From NCBI GenBank assembly GCA_002189035.1, contig CM007989.1, positions 7,440,001-7,504,000 of the forward strand: a DNA stretch of 64,000 nt. The letters run 5' to 3'. This stretch comes from Utricularia gibba. Its lineage: Eukaryota; Plantae; Magnoliophyta. Of the stretch, positions 42,559-54,885 are shown piece after piece. The stretch's first letter is position 1; every line of letters starts with the position of its first letter. The notes below the pieces were generated by a model, which saw only the letters and a list, made by a program, of their open reading frames with translations, did not search any database and was not told where the DNA came from. The translations under genes and the position numbers were made by a program.

Positions 42559-43660
42559 CTTGGAACCACGAGAAAATCCGCCTGGGGAGGATGGGTTTCT
42601 GGAGTCCTTTATTGCTGTTCCAGTGGTAGGTGAATGAATACCAATCTGAATAATTAATTTGGTAGTTCAATAAACCCCTTTCAAAGAACTGGATGCCAGT
42701 TGAAGTTCAATGAGATTGCTACAAGTCGCAGTTCTTAGAACTCACCTCATACGTCAGTGTGCAGTTCTTCAACCTTCTTTGTCTGGGCTCATTGCACACG
42801 TGTGGATCTCCAAAGTCATCGGTAAGCAATTGTGACGATCTTAGATTGGTCGTTGCTCTTTATTCTGCGTTGTGTCGGTGAAGTATCTTGTCACAATCCC
42901 ATTTGGTGATTCGTTTTCAGATGTTGAAGTGACGCTTAGAATGTGGGTTAGAAGCAACTGTGTAGAATCAATCTCCGGCCGCAGGCGGGCGCTTGCATTC
43001 AATGTTCCCTTAAATTGCTCTGGGCCGTAGGTGTGGAAAACCTTATCTTGAGTCCACGCATCACCCTCTTAAAGGTTTAATTTTTAGTTTCATTGCTTGT
43101 TTTTTTTCTAGTAATGCAGATCGTATGTTAGGATTGCTGGTGGGGTGTGCCCCCCGTAGGCATGTGACAGGCGAAGGGCTGCTTTCAGCTAGCATGCATT
43201 CTGGCTCAATCGTCAAGGTTAGACATGTGGCACGTCCACCCTTCAAGCATGGCTATGTTCCTTGTTGTTCATAAAGAGGTGGGTTTTTATGACAGACCTT
43301 TCATATTTATACTACTCGCAGGGTGTCATGAACGAATGTTGCCTGTTGGGGCGATCTAGATCCTGTCTACTTTTAATAATTTTGTATGAATTGCTCTCAT
43401 TTACTCCCAACCATAACTTCCAGCAGGGGGGCGTTCCTTAATTAGCCGTCTCCGAGTTGGATGAAGCTACCTAGCAACCAATCATCATACTCAAATAGTG
43501 AGGGAAGCACATGACAGCGATGTGATCGGCAGAACAACTACAGCAACCAGGTTTGTGGAACAGAACTTGACAAGTGAAACAACAAAAGTGTGGTTCTGGT
43601 TTTGGGCATCGCAAAGATAAACGGGAATCACTCGTTCAAGGTCGAGCAACAAGATCTGAA

Positions 43661-44694
43661 ATGGGGATCGGCGTGAAGGGGGCGATTTCATCGTACATCG
43701 CTCATTTTCTAGCAGTTGTAGCGGTGTTTTTGGTGTTGGTTTGGAATCTCAGATTCAGGGGTGGGCTGGCGTGGAATTCCCACAACAAAAATCTTATCTT
43801 CAATGTAAGGGATTTTGTGGTTTCTGGGTGCTGTTTTGATACTTTTGAGCTCATGGGTTTCCTGCTAGATGATTCTGTCTTTCCTGCATGTTTTTTTTGT
43901 GCGCTCCACTCGTTGTTTCTTACTTGTTTGATCATTATATCTGCTCTGATGAGTTTCCTCTGGGCGTACTGCTGATTGTTGATTTGCTTGTTTCAACCAG
44001 CTTCATCCAGTTCTTATGCTAATAGGTGTCATCATCTTTGGTGGAGAAGGTAAACTCTTGCTCTCTTCCCAGGTTCTGCTATTTTCAATCTTCTGATGTA
44101 TGCTTCACTGTCCTTGAAACCAACAACAGCCATCATGATTAACAAGTCTCTCCCTATGAAGAAGCCCGGCAAGAAGCTCATACATATGATACTGCATCTT
44201 GCTGCTCTTATTCTTGGCATAATTGGGATATACGCTGCATTCAAGTTCCACAACGCAAACAAATTCCCTAACTTTTACAGTCTGCACTCTTGGCTTGGAA
44301 TCGGAGCCATCAGCCTCTACGCCATTCAGGTACCACTACTCCGATCCCGGTGCATCGGTTGTTTTCATGCTTGCTATCAACTGTGAACACAAAGCCCTCT
44401 CTTTTCTTTTGCTATTGCCAGTGGATCTCCGGCTTCTTGGTGTTCTTCTTCCCCGGTGGATCACCAGCGATGAGAAGCAAGTGGCTTCCATGGCATGTCC
44501 CTCTGGGCCTCTCCGCCTTCGCATTGGCCGCGGTGACATCGTCTCTGGGCTTCCTCGAGAAGCTCACTTTCCTGGAGATGGGCAGCGCCGGCGTGGCGAG
44601 GTTCGGATCGGAGGCCATCCTCGTCAACATCACCGCCATCGTAACGCTCCTGTTCGGGGCCTTCGTTATACTAACAACCGTGTCTGGCAGTTAG
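43661..44694 (+). CDS. CYB561: Ascorbate-dependent cytochrome b561. Exons approx. 43661-43805, 44001-44049, 44131-44329, 44422-44694
   Basis: GGLAWNSHNKNLIFN|LHPVLMLIG, KKLIHMILH, FKFH, NFYSLHSWLGI, PWHVPLG and LGFLEKLTF; the four heme-ligand histidines are present. Confidence 0.93.
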
Positions 44695-45246
44695 TTCTTT
44701 CTCCCGTACAGCAGAGACTGGCTGCTGCTATAGCTATGTGATACAGATACCTAAACACGATCTATTTGCAAGTTCAGTTTCATGCCGGTTGTCTTCTCCG
44801 GCTCTGAAAAATTCGTTTTTTTGTTCCTTGGGCTGCTCCCAACCGCCTCATCAATGGGGAGTAAGATTTCCAACTGGCAGGCAATGGAGGGAATTATTGG
44901 GGCTCATTATGGTTGCTGATGGCTGCATCATGAAGGGCTCATGATGCAGACAATGGCTGGCTCATCATCATCATCATTACAGTTTGAATTTGAGCTGCTA
45001 ATGACCCATGCGGTTCAGTGCAGAGCCACACCGAACATCCTGAACGCAGGTTCAGGTTGGGTTCGGGACGGCTGAGGCTGAGCTCGACGGGTGTAAATAT
45101 GGTGGGCTGCCAACTCACCTCCTCCTCCTCCTCTTAATGCTCCTCCCATTCACCCTTCATTTGTCATTTCCGGCCTTGCGCCCAACAAGCGTCTTTCTCT
45201 CCGTCGCGCGCCTGCTGTCATTCCGATTCCGTTTTCACGACGAATT

Positions 45247-46583
45247 ATGGCGGATGAGGGGCCTGATAAACCCAATTCCTCTGCTGAGGCCCCGACGGAA
45301 CTCGTGGAGTCGTCCAAGGAGGAGGGACCCCTTGCGCCGGTCGAGGAACCGAAAATCTCGGCCAACGAATCGGAGGAGAATGCCGATGCATCCGAAGCCG
45401 TGGCTGCAGTTGAAGGTGAATAAATAAAATCATCTTCCTTCCCCTGTGATGAACCCTATGTTCTCGAATTTTGGGCGGATTCTTTCTCATTTCCATTCAA
45501 TTTTAAGGGTGACTCCTCTTGTTTACACGTTCACGAAGGCTGAAATTTTGGAGTTTTCTCCCGATACCGATCAGACGAAGTAGATCCTCCTTATCCATGT
45601 TTAAGCTTGCTCTCCTTTCTGGAACGGGTTGAGGATCAGCTTTGCAAAACACAATCTCACACATGTAAGCACTGGACTAGAAACGAAACGTAATGGGTTA
45701 GCGGAGGAGTTTACCGCCGGTGTGTTTGTGTAGAAGCTGAATTATCAGCAAGCCGCAGCGCTGTCTTACTCATGGTTGGGACCAGGGTACTAGAGATTCT
45801 CTTTGTCCCCATCGTTCCCTCTCAGCAATCGGGCCACCTAACAACATTATACTTTTGTTGTCCGCTGTGCCTTTCTTCATTAATACGACGTTTCTGATGT
45901 GCAGTTATTCTGTGATTCACCTTTTTTTTGTTTTTCTGACAGAAGCACATGTGGAAGAGGAAGCAGAGAAGAACCCTCATGGATCCATAGACAGAGGTGA
46001 CTGTTTTTTCCAGTTCTGCCCCAGGATTATCTCATCTGTTGCACCGGAAAACTCCATCTTTTCAAATTCAATGTAGATGCTGTTCTTGCTCGAGTGGCGA
46101 CAGAGAAGAGGTTGTCCTTCATACGTGCATGGGAAGAGAGTGAGAAGTGCAAGGCTGAAAACAAGTAAGCCCCATCTCCCATACTCTGGCTCTTGCATTT
46201 GGAATTATGTGCTTCACTGCTCCTCTCAGGGCCCAGAAGAGAGTATCCGCCATTGGTGTCTGGGAAAATTCCAAGAAAGCAACTTTAGAGGCTGAGCTGA
46301 AGAAGATCGAGGTAACCCAAGTGTTCATGCATCAGATGCTAAATTCCCTTTTCTGTTCTGCAATCATTCCTGTGCACTCGGATCACAGGAGCAACTGGAG
46401 AAAAAGAAAGCTGATTACATTGAGAAAGTTAAGAACCAAATGGCTCTCATTCACAAGGCAGCAGAAGAGAAAAGGGCAGTCATCGAAGCGCAGCGTGGGG
46501 TGGACATGCTGAAGGCAGAGGAAACAGCAGCTAAGCACCGTGCCACTGGATCTGCTCCAAAGAAACTGCTTGGATGCTTCTGA
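45247..46583 (+). CDS. REM: Group 1 remorin, 5 exons
   Basis: Acidic, Pro-containing N-terminus, GSIDR|DAVLARVATEKRLSFIRAWEESEKCKAENK, WENSKKATLEAELKKIE and the C-terminal anchor KAEETAAKHRATGSAPKKLLGCF*. Confidence 0.95.
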
Positions 46584-46753
46584 TTCTCTCAGCTTGTGCA
46601 TTCCAATCTATCTATCTATCATGTGTTGCTATTTCACTTCCTCAAAGCAGTTTGTGTACATTGTGATGAACATTTACAGCAAAGTACCCACAAAAAGTTT
46701 GTATTCAGTGAAGCACAAGGGTAAGCCTCGCTACTCGCACAGGCAAAACTTGT

Positions 46754-47955
46754 CTACGGATTGATCATGTTGAAATCAAATCTGGAGAGCAGCTCAGGGA
46801 GGCATGATATAGCGTGCCCATATTTCTGAAAACACGAAACAAGATGGCTGAGCTACAGAACAGATGAGAAGAAAATGGAAAGACCATGAAACCAGGGGGG
46901 TGTATTGAGATTCCAGTGAGGAAATCATTTGTAATTAGTTATTGGGCGATACCTGAACATTGTCATACAGATCAAAGAATGGAACAGCGAGAAGCTTGAG
47001 GTTCTTTGGAACATCAAAATGGTCGCGTTCTGGAAGATGAACAATGTAAAGCTTCTTGCATTCCTGCACCAAAGAAGCTACCTCAATGTCAAATGGTGAC
47101 AGCGTTTTATGGTTTAACTGAACTCTCACTCTAGGTCTTGTTATGTGAGGGGGACAGTAAGGGTACACTCTTTTCCCAAAATTGGGTCTCCACCACACTG
47201 CAACACGCTCGCCTACCTGGTACAAGAACCACAGAAATCAAATGAACAAGAAGACTGCCACTGCTTAACTATCATTTGAAATTATTACCTTCCAATTTTG
47301 CTGGAAATTAGGTGCCTTGGCTCCCAGTTTGCTATAGAGTTTTCTTTTCAGTCCATCGATATCTGAGAGAATCAACCAAACCAATATAACGGGTGTGTAT
47401 GGACAGCATCTTCAGCCCCGGAATGATTTTTTTCTAAAAATGTAATCTTCCACACAAGAGGGATACCATTCTCTCCGGGCTGCAGTCTTCCACCAGGAAG
47501 TCTAAAGGAAGTATTCCCAGTTTTCAAAAGAAGAACATACGGATGATTGTGCTGTTGCCCCTAAACGATACAAGAAATATATTCAAAAATTCCCTAAAAA
47601 GCCAACGCTATCCGAACCCAAGAAACAGAAGCGATTGAAGCTTTAAAGGAAGGAATCAATACCGCATACCAATAAAATCCCCTCAACTGTAGTTAGCCTC
47701 CCTTCCGAGTTATAGCTGGAATTCCAAAACCCATATGAAATTTAGCGCAAGAAATACGCTTCATTATGCGTTTTAACACTAAAACATACCAAACATGCCA
47801 CAAGAACCAAGAGGAAAACAAGACAGCCATTAGAAAACTTACATATCTCTGATACGAGCAAGGCGTTCAGCGATTGAACTATATTTCACCTTTTTCCGCT
47901 CTTTCTCTCCATATGTGTACCTACGAAGCGGGTAAATGTTCACCACTTCCGACAT
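46754..47955 (-). CDS. CFIm25: Pre-mRNA cleavage factor Im 25 kDa subunit (Nudix fold), divergent, 7 exons
   Basis: VVNIYPL, TVEGILL, HNHP, LPGGRLQPGEN, WWRPNF, YPYCPPHIT, VPKNLKLLAVP..LYDNVQ and LSRFDFNM. All introns are GT-AG and the frame is intact. Confidence 0.93.
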
Positions 47956-48431
47956 CTTGCCCTTTCCGATTCTCCTCTCCGGTGCATGATCAGCCTGATT
48001 TCCGATAAGAACCGCTTTGCCGCCACCGGTCTCAACTGTAACCAGCAGGCGACGTTTTTCAAATATCAGGCCCCACAGTAACGAACATTTCCACTCCTCT
48101 CCTAAAATATAAAACAAAAAGACAAAAACACCCTTTATAATTTTAATTATATTTTAAAATATTCAAATAAAATATTTTCATTTAAATTCATTCATAAATT
48201 GAAATTGACTATAATCTTACTGCAAATTTAGGTAAAAATTACACGTGGCAAATGAGCAGTCTGATCTGCATCTTTGAATTAAAACAATAGGAACTTGGGA
48301 TTCATTTCATGCAACAAATGCTCTCCCCAGTATCAACCTTATTTTATCTCTAAGCATTGCTGGAAACACTGCAACTTGATACATAACAAAAGGAACAACC
48401 AATGTGCCTCTTGAGGAGTTTCATATGGATT

Positions 48432-49468
48432 TCAGTAGTCTTTGTTCCCGAAGTTCTTGCACCAGATCTGGGATGGAATCGGGCGAACCGGCAGATGTGG
48501 GCGTTGCTGCAAGGCATACCATTGGTGTTAGAGAAGGAGAAAATGTTTCCATGATCAGTGTATTCAGACATATGCAATTAGAAAAAAGCAATCAACGTAT
48601 ATGGAGACATGATTGGTTGGTTTCCAAATGCAATGGCTCCAAACATAGAACATGATTGGTAAGCTCAGAGAAGCAAATGAGTGTTCAGGAGTAGAGTTAC
48701 TGGAGTAAAAGCAACTCCATTCGTTCAAAAAAAAAAAGATCTTGGCTTGTTTCTGGTTCAGTATGTGATATACTATTAAGGCAGGCATCGCGAGGGTTTT
48801 GGCTCATGATACTCGCCACAAAGCAAGAGTCATAATGTGTGATCTTTGTTGATGTTTGTAGTCTAACAGATAATGGGAAAGCTAATCGGTGTGCCACCTT
48901 TATTCAACTTTCAGTGTAAATTCTACTACTTGATCAAGAAACATGCAAATAATTTGGAAAACCCAGTGAGGGGCAGACACAACTTTACCTGTTACTCCCA
49001 CTTCCATGAAAAAACACAAACGAGATAACCGGTTTTTATCCCTTCGTTTAGACATGAGAAAAATAGAACAAAGATTGCAGAACTGGGTTCAACAATGCAT
49101 TCAATTCTTCAAGAGCTAGTCAGGAAAATAAATTCTACTAAAATCCACGAACTAAGCAAGAAGATGCTGAAAATCACAACAGTAAAGACCTTCCAAATGC
49201 AATCAATAAAACCCTAGAGACCCGATAAGCTTACTGAAAGAAAATTAATAACACCGAAACAGTGAAAAATCGGAGCAATTACCTCGAGTTCGGCCGATTT
49301 CATGGCGATAGGGATGCAGATCAGAACAATACCTGCCATGGCGATGGCGGTATTGCGCTTCCAGTGCTTGGGGCGGCAGTGGGGCCCCCCCGTCATACTC
49401 CACACCTTCTGCCTGAAATCCCCACCGTGGGCTCCATCCACATGGTGGTGCTCCGCTCCCCCGCCCAT
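48432..49468 (-). CDS. Small mitochondrial complex I accessory subunit (At4g00585-like). Exons 49468-49283 and 48506-48432
   Basis: MGGGAEHHH...GDFRQKVWSMTGGPHCRPKHWKRNTAIAMAGIVLICIPIAMKSAELE|QRPHLPVRPIPSQIWCKNFGNKDY*. Confidence 0.88.
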
Positions 49469-50415
49469 CTGCCCTTCAATTTCCGGTACTCTTCCAAGTG
49501 CGAAAAACGGAGAAGCCAGATGAAATTCTTCTCAAGATAAAAGACGCCTCCGGCAAATACAAAAATTATTGGGCCACACGGAAACTGGGCCTGTATCGAG
49601 TTTCATTGTGGGCCCTCCAGTTCAGTATGATAAGTGTATTAAGACAAGGGGCCCACAAAGACATTCTGATAGCTTGTGAATTAATTAATAATTTATTATC
49701 TTAAATAAGTGGTTAAAAATCATTTTAATCAATTTATGGTTTTTTAATCATTTTTAAATTATTTCAAATGGCCAAACTTGTAGCCCGCAGTTGCAGTCTG
49801 TGGGTGATGGGTGTGGTGCGGGTGCTTTCTCAAACTCCGTGGTCAAAGTTGAAAAAAAAAAGGATAAACGTAAGTTTCGGTCAACACGCAAATCGGCATT
49901 TTCTTTAAAGGCGTTGTTGGCTTTGGATTTGTTGTAGGGAGGCTGCAACTGGAGAGAACCCATGTGGATCTAGCTCGATCGATCCATAAATGGAAGACGT
50001 TGAGAAGATTTGCTGCGTTTCTGCGTGAAGGTAAATTGAATTCATCTCTACTCTGTTATGGGACTGTTTTATTTGATGTGGGTCTTCTCCTTTTTCGAGA
50101 TTGTGGGTGGGTCTTTCGGGTTTCCCTTGTGGCCTTTGATTTTGTTCTGGAATTGGGGATTCCGAAATCGCGTGATTTGTAGTGAAGGAATAAATTGTTG
50201 TCATTGCGATATTATTGCTGGATGTCGTTTCTTCAGGGATACAGCTTACCCATTTCTTGACTCGGCTTGCTTGTCGGGAAAGTTGGCTGTCCTTTTGTGT
50301 TTCTGGGTATGTAGGGTTTCTTTTGATTTGATGCCATGTTTTGTTCATGCACACAGGTTTTGATTTCCTAGGGTAGTTTTCATTTGACGCTGTGTCATCA
50401 GATTGGGTCTGCGCC

Positions 50416-51333
50416 ATGAAAAAGTAAGTTTTTTTGATTCTATATTGCTAGACTAGGACACGTCTTGTTCTTTGATGGATATTGTTCTTGAGGAAGCTGT
50501 TCTGATGCTTATATTTGTGAGAATCTGGGCTATTTATTTAGCCGTAATGCGCATTGAGGACGTTGTCAATGATGCATTTTATTTGCTCCCATGGGACATC
50601 AGTGTCATGGTGTTCTATACATCAGTTTTTTGTACATGATGGCTTCAAGTAACCTGATCCTAGATGCTTTCTGGAGTTTCAGGGGAAAGGTGAGATGGGA
50701 TGAAGCTAATTTGGGAGAGATTGAGGCTAACAAACCGATAAGACAGAAAATAACAGAGCCCAAAACACCGTACCATCCCATGATCGATGATGATGGCATG
50801 CTTACAACGAACCCTCTCATGAATCCATACTTGTGTTTTCATCAATGTTCACGTTTGGCATTTCCCCTTTCCTGAATGTAGGATCATTGTCCCCTGTCAG
50901 AGGAGGAAACTTGGAAGATTGTCTCAGGGATGCTGTTGACGCAGAATCCATTCGTTCGGCACTAAATGATGTAGCTTCTTCCTCTAGCAAAATCAGCTCC
51001 GGCTGGACGTCCTCTGAGGACGAAGGGGATGCAATGGAACAAGATGAAGGTTTTTCCTCTCCCACCTTCTTAAAACCCTCAAAAGCATGAAGGTGTATCC
51101 CTTTACTTCACTGTGGCTCCTTTTAAACAACAGGTTCTGATCTGGATGGACCCCGGAGGAGCTTCAGGGAGCGCAGGAAAGCTCACTACGATGAGTTTCG
51201 CAAGGTCAAGGAACTGCTTCGCAAAGGCTCTCTTGAAGGTGAGTCAGACGAGGAGAGGAAGGATGATGAGGCTCCCTCTGCCTCATCCATCACTGCTGGT
51301 GTCAAAGAGATCGACATTGACAGCCCTGTGTAG
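50416..51333 (+). CDS. I-2: Protein phosphatase 1 inhibitor-2, 4 coding exons
   Basis: MKK|[32 protein letters not shown] (RVxW and PxTP motifs) and [18 protein letters not shown] (HYNE-like motif). Confidence 0.92.
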
Positions 51334-51891
51334 CCGGGGAAGCGGCCTTAAACCTAACCGGCGCTTCCCCGGCGCCCGTACGCCGATTGGAGCCCAGCTC
51401 TAGTGGCGTTGCATTTCATGGTCACTGTTGGCTTGAGCACACTATAAGCGATAGCATGTACTTTCTTTTTGTGAAACTTTATCCTCAAAATAGTTTTTTT
51501 TTTCTAATTAAAAATGGGAAAATGTGTAAGTTAAGGTTCTCCACGGAGGGGAAGAGCCGGGTTTCATGGAACGGCCAATTGGAGGCGGACACGTGTTCGA
51601 TTAAGGTACGTGGCGACAAACGACACAACCGAGGCGACGATTCTGGAGGACGTGACCGCAGTAGATGTAGCCGCGTTTTTGGTGAACCAGCAACTATCTG
51701 TCTCTGGAGGGGTCATCTTCTCCATTAAAAACTCAAGCTGCTCACTCCATTGAAAAAGCTACACGCGCTTCACACGGTTCTGAACTGGATAAAAGCCGTT
51801 ACGGATTGAGGAATGTTGATGAGATCGGGAAATTGTGTTTGACAAAAAGGAGGCGCGTTGGGTGATTCTGTGAGCCGTTCACACACAATTC

Positions 51892-53302
51892 ATGGCGACT
51901 ACGCAGCAGCCGGGGGATATCGAGAGCCGCGGAGGGGAGATAAGCCTGCGGTGGATGTGATCCGGAGTGGGGACAGGGGTTGGGTTTCATGGCTGGTTCC
52001 GTTGATTGTGGTGGCGAATATCATTGTTTTTGTTGTGGAGATGTATGTGAATGACTGTCCCAGACAGATCAGGAACTTTGATGGCGGCCAACGGAGGTGC
52101 GTCGCCAGGTTTCTCGGACGCTTCTCGTTCCAGCCTCTGTCGGAGAACCCTTTGTTCGGTCCTTCATCTTCCACGTGAGAATCAATCCTCTTTTTCTCTT
52201 AATCCTTATAAAGGTCAATTTGATGTTTGATTTATTCCGTTGGGTTTTCTTGCTATATACGCTTTTTTTCTGAAGAAGGTTGCCGGTGTTGATTCTCTCA
52301 TGTTTTCTCTTTATTTATCATAATGAATTGGGGATTTTCCACTAAAGTAAGTCAATTCTTGTAGATTAGAGAGGATGGGTGGCCTGAATTGGAGTAGAGT
52401 GGTCAATGATCATCAAGGGTGGAGGTTGATCAGTTGCATCTGGCTACACGCTGGTCTTATTCATTTGCTTGTCAACATGATAAGTCTCATCTTGATTGGT
52501 GTCCGCCTCGAGCAGCACTTCGGCTTTGGTAAGGATCTAAGAGAATCCTAAGGCCAGGGCCTTTTTTCCTGAAGTTTTAATTCTTGCTGTTACCAACTGT
52601 TGTTTCTCTCTGCCAGTTCGAATCTGTGTGATCTATCTGCTGTCTGGATTTGGCGGAAGCATATTATCCTCACTGTTCATACGAAACGCTGTTTCTGTTG
52701 GTGCATCCGGTGCACTCTTTGGCCTTCTTGGAGCCATGCTATCTGAGCTGATCACCAACTGGTCTATTTACACTAACAAGGTGCTTATATCCTGTCAAGC
52801 AAATCTCATTCAACCTTCTTGCTCTCTTACGACTTGATCCTGTTAATTCTTCCTGGATATGCAGGCTGCAGCCTTAGTCTCCCTAATAGTCGTGGTCCTC
52901 ATCAACTTAGCAGTTGGGATTCTCCCCCATGTTGACAACTTCGCCCACATTGGAGGATTCCTGACCGGCATCCTCCTGGGCTTTGTTCTTCTTCCCCGTC
53001 CCCAGTTCGGATGGCTGGAACGCGCAAATCTCCCCCCGGTGCCCGTGCACGATCAAAATACAAGCCGTATCAGTACATTCTGTGGGTCATCTCCCTGGGG
53101 CTGTTGATTGCAGGGTGAGTAAAGCTGTCTGTACATGTAGATCCCCAACAGTGAATCTGGGTTCTCACCCCAAATCCTTCCACGCAGGTTCACCGTCGCC
53201 CTGATCATGCTGTTCCGCGGTGAGAGTGGATACGACCGGTGCCACTGGTGCCGGTACCTGAACTGCGTGCCCACCGCCAGCTGGAGCTGCAATGAGCGTT
53301 GA
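51892..53302 (+). CDS. RBL: Rhomboid-like intramembrane serine protease, 5 exons, with two apparent -1 frameshifts in homopolymers (51934-51937 and 53032-53037)
   Basis: [58 protein letters not shown] (catalytic Ser), [12 protein letters not shown] (catalytic His) and [12 protein letters not shown]. Confidence 0.94.
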
Positions 53303-53686
53303 ATCTTTCTTTCAGCTGACTTCTTTGATTTTCTATGTAAATGGTGCTTCCCGGCTGTTCATTTCTTGAGATATGCGTGTTATTGTATACTATGATTGCA
53401 GTCCCATTCCCATAATAAAATATCTTTGTTCGTTTGATACAAAAAGTTGAATATGAGTCCTTTTTAGTCTAAAAATTTTAAAAATATTTTTTTATTTTTT
53501 TAAAAAAATTTAAAATAACCTCAATTTCTACGTTTACGAGAGTGGGGGGTAAAATGGTAATTATCCGGTGTCGTCTTGGATATTGTAATAACGTGATTGG
53601 GCCAAGGCGGTGGGCCGGTCCATCTATAAGTTACTCGATTTATTTGGTTGCCGACGCCTTCACCCTGTCATTCTGGAGACAGAGTC

Positions 53687-54718
53687 ATGGCGGACGATGA
53701 CTACGATATGGACGGAGCGTACGTGATTTTTGCTTTCTTGGATGGGGTTTATCCTTCTCTACTGGGTTCAAGAGTAGTGGCCTTTGTGTGTTTCTGTTGT
53801 AATTTTTTAGTTGGTTAACCTGTGAAACCCTCGGTTGTTTAGGTATGAAGACGAGCCTCTGGAGCCGGAGCCCGATGTGAGGATTATTTGGTGCCTTTGC
53901 TTTACTTGATTTCATTGTTTTGGGAGGATTTGCTTACGTGATTTTTTAATCGTTTACAGGAAGGCGCTGAGGTGGAAGATGATAAAAACATCGATGGTGA
54001 CGATGCTGATCTTGTCGAGGGCGAAGGTGATGATAAGCAGGAACACGAATCAGTTGAGCGGCCTCGTAAAACGTCCAAGTACATGACGAAGTACGAGCGT
54101 GCCAGAATTTTGGGGACTAGGGCACTGCAGATTAGGTAATTTGATGATGCGTCTTCGGTGATGAGTGGCTTATCTTTGGGAAAATTTTGTTCTTGGTGAT
54201 GATTCTTTGTCTTCCACAGCATGAACGCTCCGGTTATGGTTGAGTTGGAGGGTGAGACTGACCCCCTTGAGGTAATCCTATTTGTTCCATTAGTAACATG
54301 AGCGAGGGATTAATTCCTTCGTGGCTCTGCAACTCCGGTACAAGGAAAGACTAGTATTTCTAAGAATTCTGCTAGAATTTGAATAGAAGAATAAACCAAC
54401 ACTCCTAGATGCTGCATTTCATGTTATTTGTTGAATCAAACATTGGGATTCTTTAGCACCTTGAAGACAAGTCTTACTTATCTGTTGCTTGTTCGACATC
54501 AGATTGCAATGAAGGAGCTCAGAGAGAGAAAGATACCATTCACCATTCGCCGTTACCTTCCTGATGGAAGGTAAGAAGATCTTTCCCTTGATTGTTTCCC
54601 AATTTCCCCATCTTCCTGTTGTGGCTAACTCGTTCTTTTTCTCCCTAGCTATGAGGATTGGGGCGTTGACGAGCTCATAGTTGAAGACACCTGGAAGAGG
54701 CAAGTTGGAGGTGATTGA
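53687..54718 (+). CDS. NRPB6: Shared RNA polymerase subunit RPB6, 6 exons
   Basis: [24 protein letters not shown]|[17 protein letters not shown]|[23 protein letters not shown]|YEDWGVDEL. Confidence 0.98.
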
Positions 54719-54885
54719 GTCCTTTCTGATTGTGGAAGCATGCTGCTTTTGTTGTACTTGTTAGGAACCCATTTTCTAGTTATGGGGGTGAATCCCAAGT
54801 ACTGATATCATCAATCAATGAGCGAAAGCCATATAAAAAAAAAATGTGTTCTTCATCTCTTGCGTTCCATCAAATCAAGTTGTTT

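Noticed and set aside
43090-43340. Moderately GC-rich non-coding patch between the NT-C2 and cytochrome b561 genes, checked as a possible miRNA precursor
   Set aside because: No known mature miRNA sequence and no long fold-back.
47459-47466. GTATCCCT donor in CFIm25 resembling a U12 site
   Set aside because: It mismatches the U12 consensus and has no branch-point motif, so it was treated as U2.
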